Assembly (NCBI GenBank): GCA_037447435.1
Contig: JBBIGR010000007.1
Location: 1-64,000, forward strand
From: Fibrobacteria bacterium
GTDB lineage: Bacteria > Fibrobacterota > Chitinivibrionia > Chitinivibrionales > FEN-1185
Length of the DNA: 64,000 bases
Direction: 5' to 3'
Shown here: in pieces, positions 60,524 through 64,000 of the stretch
Layout of the letters: each line of letters opens with the position of its first letter
Position numbering within the stretch: position 1 is the stretch's first letter
The notes under the pieces: generated by a model
The model's database searches: none
What the model was told of the DNA's origin: nothing
What the model saw: the letters and a program-made list of their open reading frames with translations, nothing else
Position numbers and translations under genes: made by a program

Positions 60524-63040
60524 TTAATCAAGCTTAATGTTTATGGGCTTCACACCCCAAATATCGTCGGAGTATTGCTGAATGGTCCGGTCGGAGCTGA
60601 ATTTACCCATATTGGCAACATTAAGTATAGACATCTTTGTCCATCGGTCTTTGTCCAAATATGCCTGGGAGACCGCTTTTTGGCAATTATAATACGATTC
60701 GAAATCCGCCATGACCATATACCGGTCGCCGCCATTAAGCAGAGAATCGAAAATCGGCCTGAACAATGCCGGTTCCTCGGGGCTAAAGAAACCCAAACCA
60801 ATGAGGTCCATGACTTTTTTGAGTGTTTCGTTTTTATGATAATAATCCCAGGGATTATACCCTTTGCAACGCAAATCGTTCACCTCGTTTGCCCGAAGCC
60901 CGAAAATGAAAATGTTATCGTCGCCGACTTCTTCCCACATCTCTATGTTCGCACCGTCCATGGTACCAATGGTAACTGCGCCGTTTAACATGAATTTCAT
61001 GTTTCCCGTGCCCGAGGCTTCGGTTCCTGCAGTGGAAATCTGTTCCGAAAGGTCGGATGCGGGCATGATGAATTCCGCCAAAGAGACACGGTAATTCGGC
61101 AGGAAATGAACTTCGAGCAAACCGCGCGTGTCCGGATCGCCGTTGATGACGCCGGCGACATTGTTGATAAATTTGATAAGCAGTTTCGCCATATAATAGC
61201 CGGGAGCCGCTTTTCCCGCGAACAAAACGCAGCGGGGAACAATATCTTTTTTCTTCCCTTGCTTGATTTCATTGTACAGGGCTATGCAATTGAGCACATT
61301 GAGGACCTGGCGTTTATATTCGTGAATACGCTTGACCTGCACGTCGAACAGGGAATCCGGATTCAGGCGGATGTTTTCCCATTTCCGCAGGGTCTGGCCC
61401 AGGCGTTTCTTGTTCGTATACTTGACTTCCTGCCATGCGGCGCGGAACTGCGGATCGTTTGCAAACGGGATGAGCTTTTTCAGTTCCGACAGGTTTTTGA
61501 CCCAGCCCGGTCCGATTTTATCGGTAATAAGGGACGACAGCGAATGGTTCGACGCATACAGCCATCTGCGTTGCGTGATGCCGTTGGTTTTGTTGTTGAA
61601 TTTTTCCGGCCACATGTCGTAGAAAAATTTCACCAAGCCGTCGGTAAGCAGTTTCGTGTGAAGTTCGGACACGCCATTGACGGAATGAGAGCCGACAATC
61701 GCCAGATACGCCATGCGTACCTTGGGGTCGCCGCCTTCTTCGATGAGAGACATGTCGCGCAATTTCGTCACGTCGCCCGGATATTTGTACGATACCTGGC
61801 GCAGGAATTTGCTGTTGATTTCGTAAATGATTTCCATATGGCGCGGCAGCAACGTCTTCATCAAAGACACCGGCCATTTTTCAAGCGCCTCGGGCATCAG
61901 GGTATGGTTCGTATACGCAAAGGTTCGTATCACGATGTCCCACGCCTCGTCCCAGCCCAAACCGTGATCGTCTATGAGCAGGCGCATGAGTTCCACAATC
62001 GAAATTGCGGGATGCGTGTCGTTCAATTGAATGGCGACCTTGTCCGGGAACGCCTTGAAATCCTGATTGTTCGACAAATACCGGCGAATGATGTCCTGCA
62101 GCGATGCCGAGGTGAAAAAATGCTGCTGCTTGAGACGAAGTTCCTTGCCCGAATGGTTGTTGTCGTTGGGATACAGGACTTTGGAGATGTTCTCACTTGT
62201 CATTTTGTCCTGACAAGCGCCGATGTAATCGCCGCTGTTGAAGTACTGGAAATTGAACTCATGGGCTGCGCGAGCGCTCCACAGCCTGAGCGTATTGACC
62301 GTGTTGTTGTTGTATCCCGGAACCGGTACGTCGAACGGCAGCGCGATGACTTCGTCGGTGTCTACCCACGAAACCTGGGGCCGGCCAAGCGAATCGGTAT
62401 GGTACAATGTTTTGCCGTAATATTTGATGCGTATTTTGTATTCCGGTCTTTCCATGACCCACGGGTTAATATTCTGCAGCCATTGTTCGGGAAATTCCAC
62501 CTGGTTCCCGTTAATGATTTTCTGGTTGAAAATTCCGAATTCGTAAAGAATGCCGTACCCTACGGCCGGAAGCTCGAGCGTTGCCATGGAATCGAGAAAA
62601 CAGGCGGCCAAACGGCCCAAGCCGCCGTTGCCCAGCCCCGCATCGCTTTCCTGATCGAACATTTCCTCAAGCTCCAAACCCAAATCTCCCATTGCCTCTT
62701 TGCAGCTTTTGTAAAGACCGAGGTTCATGATGTTGTTCGAAAGCAGTCTGCCCATGAGGAATTCCATTGACATATAATAAATGCGCTTGACGTTTTGTTC
62801 GTGATATTGCTGTTTGCTTATTATCCACCGCTCTATGAGCCGGTCGCGTACCGTAAGGGCCATGGATAAAAACTGCGAATACGAGGTGAGCGAGTATTTG
62901 TCTTTCGCAAGATTGTATTCGAGGCTGTTGAGAAAACCGAGCCTGATGTTTTCCTTTTCCATTCCTTTAAAATGAATGGACCAGTTTTTATTGTTTCTGT
63001 CGATTTTACGGGTGGTTTCTTCCGAACCTGACTCGTTCAT
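60524..63040 (-). CDS. glgP: Glycogen/starch phosphorylase
   Basis: LGNGGLGRLAACF, QLNDTHP, KRIHEYKRQ, EASGTGNMKF. Confidence 0.97.
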   Translation of the reverse strand: MNESGSEETTRKIDRNNKNWSIHFKGMEKENIRLGFLNSLEYNLAKDKYSLTSYSQFLSMALTVRDRLIERWIISKQQYHEQNVKRIYYMSMEFLMGRLLSNNIMNLGLYKSCKEAMGDLGLELEEMFDQESDAGLGNGGLGRLAACFLDSMATLELPAVGYGILYEFGIFNQKIINGNQVEFPEQWLQNINPWVMERPEYKIRIKYYGKTLYHTDSLGRPQVSWVDTDEVIALPFDVPVPGYNNNTVNTLRLWSARAAHEFNFQYFNSGDYIGACQDKMTSENISKVLYPNDNNHSGKELRLKQQHFFTSASLQDIIRRYLSNNQDFKAFPDKVAIQLNDTHPAISIVELMRLLIDDHGLGWDEAWDIVIRTFAYTNHTLMPEALEKWPVSLMKTLLPRHMEIIYEINSKFLRQVSYKYPGDVTKLRDMSLIEEGGDPKVRMAYLAIVGSHSVNGVSELHTKLLTDGLVKFFYDMWPEKFNNKTNGITQRRWLYASNHSLSSLITDKIGPGWVKNLSELKKLIPFANDPQFRAAWQEVKYTNKKRLGQTLRKWENIRLNPDSLFDVQVKRIHEYKRQVLNVLNCIALYNEIKQGKKKDIVPRCVLFAGKAAPGYYMAKLLIKFINNVAGVINGDPDTRGLLEVHFLPNYRVSLAEFIMPASDLSEQISTAGTEASGTGNMKFMLNGAVTIGTMDGANIEMWEEVGDDNIFIFGLRANEVNDLRCKGYNPWDYYHKNETLKKVMDLIGLGFFSPEEPALFRPIFDSLLNGGDRYMVMADFESYYNCQKAVSQAYLDKDRWTKMSILNVANMGKFSSDRTIQQYSDDIWGVKPINIKLD

Positions 63041-63141
63041 AATTATCCTTATGGAAAGGGTTAAAGGCTCGCAATCCTGAAGTGGATTTCCAACCTTTGA
63101 GTATATCAAGAAAACAAGATTTCAGCTACTGAATTATATAA

Positions 63142-63207
63142 TAGTATCTACGCTTTTTTGCGTAGATGATCTCAACTAAAGCAATCCATCAGGGATCAGA
63201 TGGATTG
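63142..63207 (-). repeat. Structured intergenic element copy C
   Basis: TAGTA, ATCTACGC-T6-GCGTAGAT hairpin and CAATCCATC/GATGGATTG hairpin; core shared with copies A and B. Confidence 0.65.
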
Positions 63208-63351
63208 GAAAGAATATAAAATAATTAATGGGGACCGGTATTTTAATGCCGGCTCGGCGGGTATTAAAATTATTTCATATCCGTTTCCATTCTCGTGCTA
63301 TGGAGAATGGGAAGGGATGAAGCGGATCGAAGGTTTTTTAATCCTACCCCT

Positions 63352-63537
63352 TTAATCGTTGATATCGCCGACCATGATATGGGTGCTGTTGTCCGGCGTA
63401 TTGAACCAAAACACGATTTTCTTGCCGTTTTCTATTATTGTAAAGCAGTCGAAAAGCGATGTTTTTTTTCCGCAGGGGGTTATTTTCGAATAGGTCTGTC
63501 TGGCTTTTTTAATCAAATGATGTTTGGTTTTGTTCAT
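63352..63537 (-). CDS. Small hypothetical protein (61 aa)
   Basis: Strong AGGAGG SD; PCG..DCFT..FWFNTPDNSTH. Confidence 0.7.
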   Translation of the reverse strand: MNKTKHHLIKKARQTYSKITPCGKKTSLFDCFTIIENGKKIVFWFNTPDNSTHIMVGDIND

Positions 63538-63567
63538 ATACTGCCTCCTGGTTCAGTAATTAACTAA

Positions 63568-63582
63568 ACAAAACCAATGCCA
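63568..63582 (-). promoter_or_regulatory. Possible sigma-54 promoter
   Basis: Minus strand TGGCATTGGTTTTGT (-24 GG; -12 GT rather than GC), about 30 nt upstream of the ATG. Confidence 0.4.
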
Positions 63583-63746
63583 GTTTAACGAAATTGTAAC
63601 GTATTGATTTGGTGGGTGTTTTGGTTAAGTCGCCGGGAGTTTAATAGGCAGATATTTCTTGGTCGGAAGTATTTGCCCGGTATAGGTGCGACCGGCCGGG
63701 CAATGCGGACGAATTAGCGAATAGTAACTGACACCCTCACGATAGT

Positions 63747-64000
63747 TCAATTGTTTATCATAGCCCTGCCGTATTGGATACTTCCGTTGTACTTTGCCAC
63801 ATACAAATACATGGCAGGCAAAAGATTTTTAAACGATACGATCGTTTTATCGTTTTGTATAGATACTGCATGCGGATGAATGCATCTGCCGTCGAGGGTG
63901 AACAAGGCAATATTTCTCCGTTCCCAGCCATTTGTTTCGCAAATAAAATTGATCGCATGCGGCTTTTGAATCATTTGCATACCGTTTAAGACCGGCGGCC
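63747..64000 (-). CDS. C-terminus of a secreted protein with T9SS-like CTD (gene starts beyond the window)
   Basis: IALFTLDGR..LLPAMYLYVAK CTD-like motif. Confidence 0.6.
   Translation of the reverse strand, partial: PPVLNGMQMIQKPHAINFICETNGWERRNIALFTLDGRCIHPHAVSIQNDKTIVSFKNLLPAMYLYVAKYNGSIQYGRAMINN

Noticed and set aside
61106..62770. 554-aa plus-strand ORF, and similar ones at 11032-11982, 28155-29090 and 59077-59868
   Set aside because: Antisense shadows of well-conserved genes (glgP, cyclase, dinG, dynamin) with no recognisable motifs.
1..64000. CRISPR arrays, tRNA/rRNA, retron/DGR, IS elements
   Set aside because: By eye I found no regularly spaced direct repeats, cloverleafs, reverse transcriptase, integrase or transposase ORFs. 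Small RNAs could have been missed without Infernal/tRNAscan.

Overview
Bacterial chromosomal window of about 60 CDS. The host is probably Fibrobacterota (Chitinispirillia/Chitinivibrionia-like), inferred from a TIGR02147 gene, GH18/GH16 enzymes with T9SS-like C-terminal domains, and two FCB-type sigma-70 factors lacking region 1.1. Most content is housekeeping and envelope: fused lptF-lptG, lptE, bamD, cpoB, nadD, malic enzyme plus split fumarase, dinG, dapF, folD, hppA, corA, glgP and a divergent mraY. There is also an orphan sigma28-driven flagellin-fliS pair and several AT-rich accessory patches. I saw no rRNA, tRNA, CRISPR array, integrase, transposase or reverse transcriptase. The most notable observations are: (1) a dispersed family of structured intergenic elements bounded by TAGTA/TACTAA, three related copies each co-oriented with a downstream gene and showing strand-specific G-U pairs; (2) an AT-rich three-gene secreted cassette (S74 trimeric fibre, possible separately encoded pro-domain, papain-fold protease); (3) a decayed BrnT/BrnA toxin-antitoxin remnant missed by the ORF track; (4) a hppA leader with a 6-codon uORF overlapping a 13-nt complement of the conserved 16S 3' tail. 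All family assignments come from recognised motifs, not database searches.
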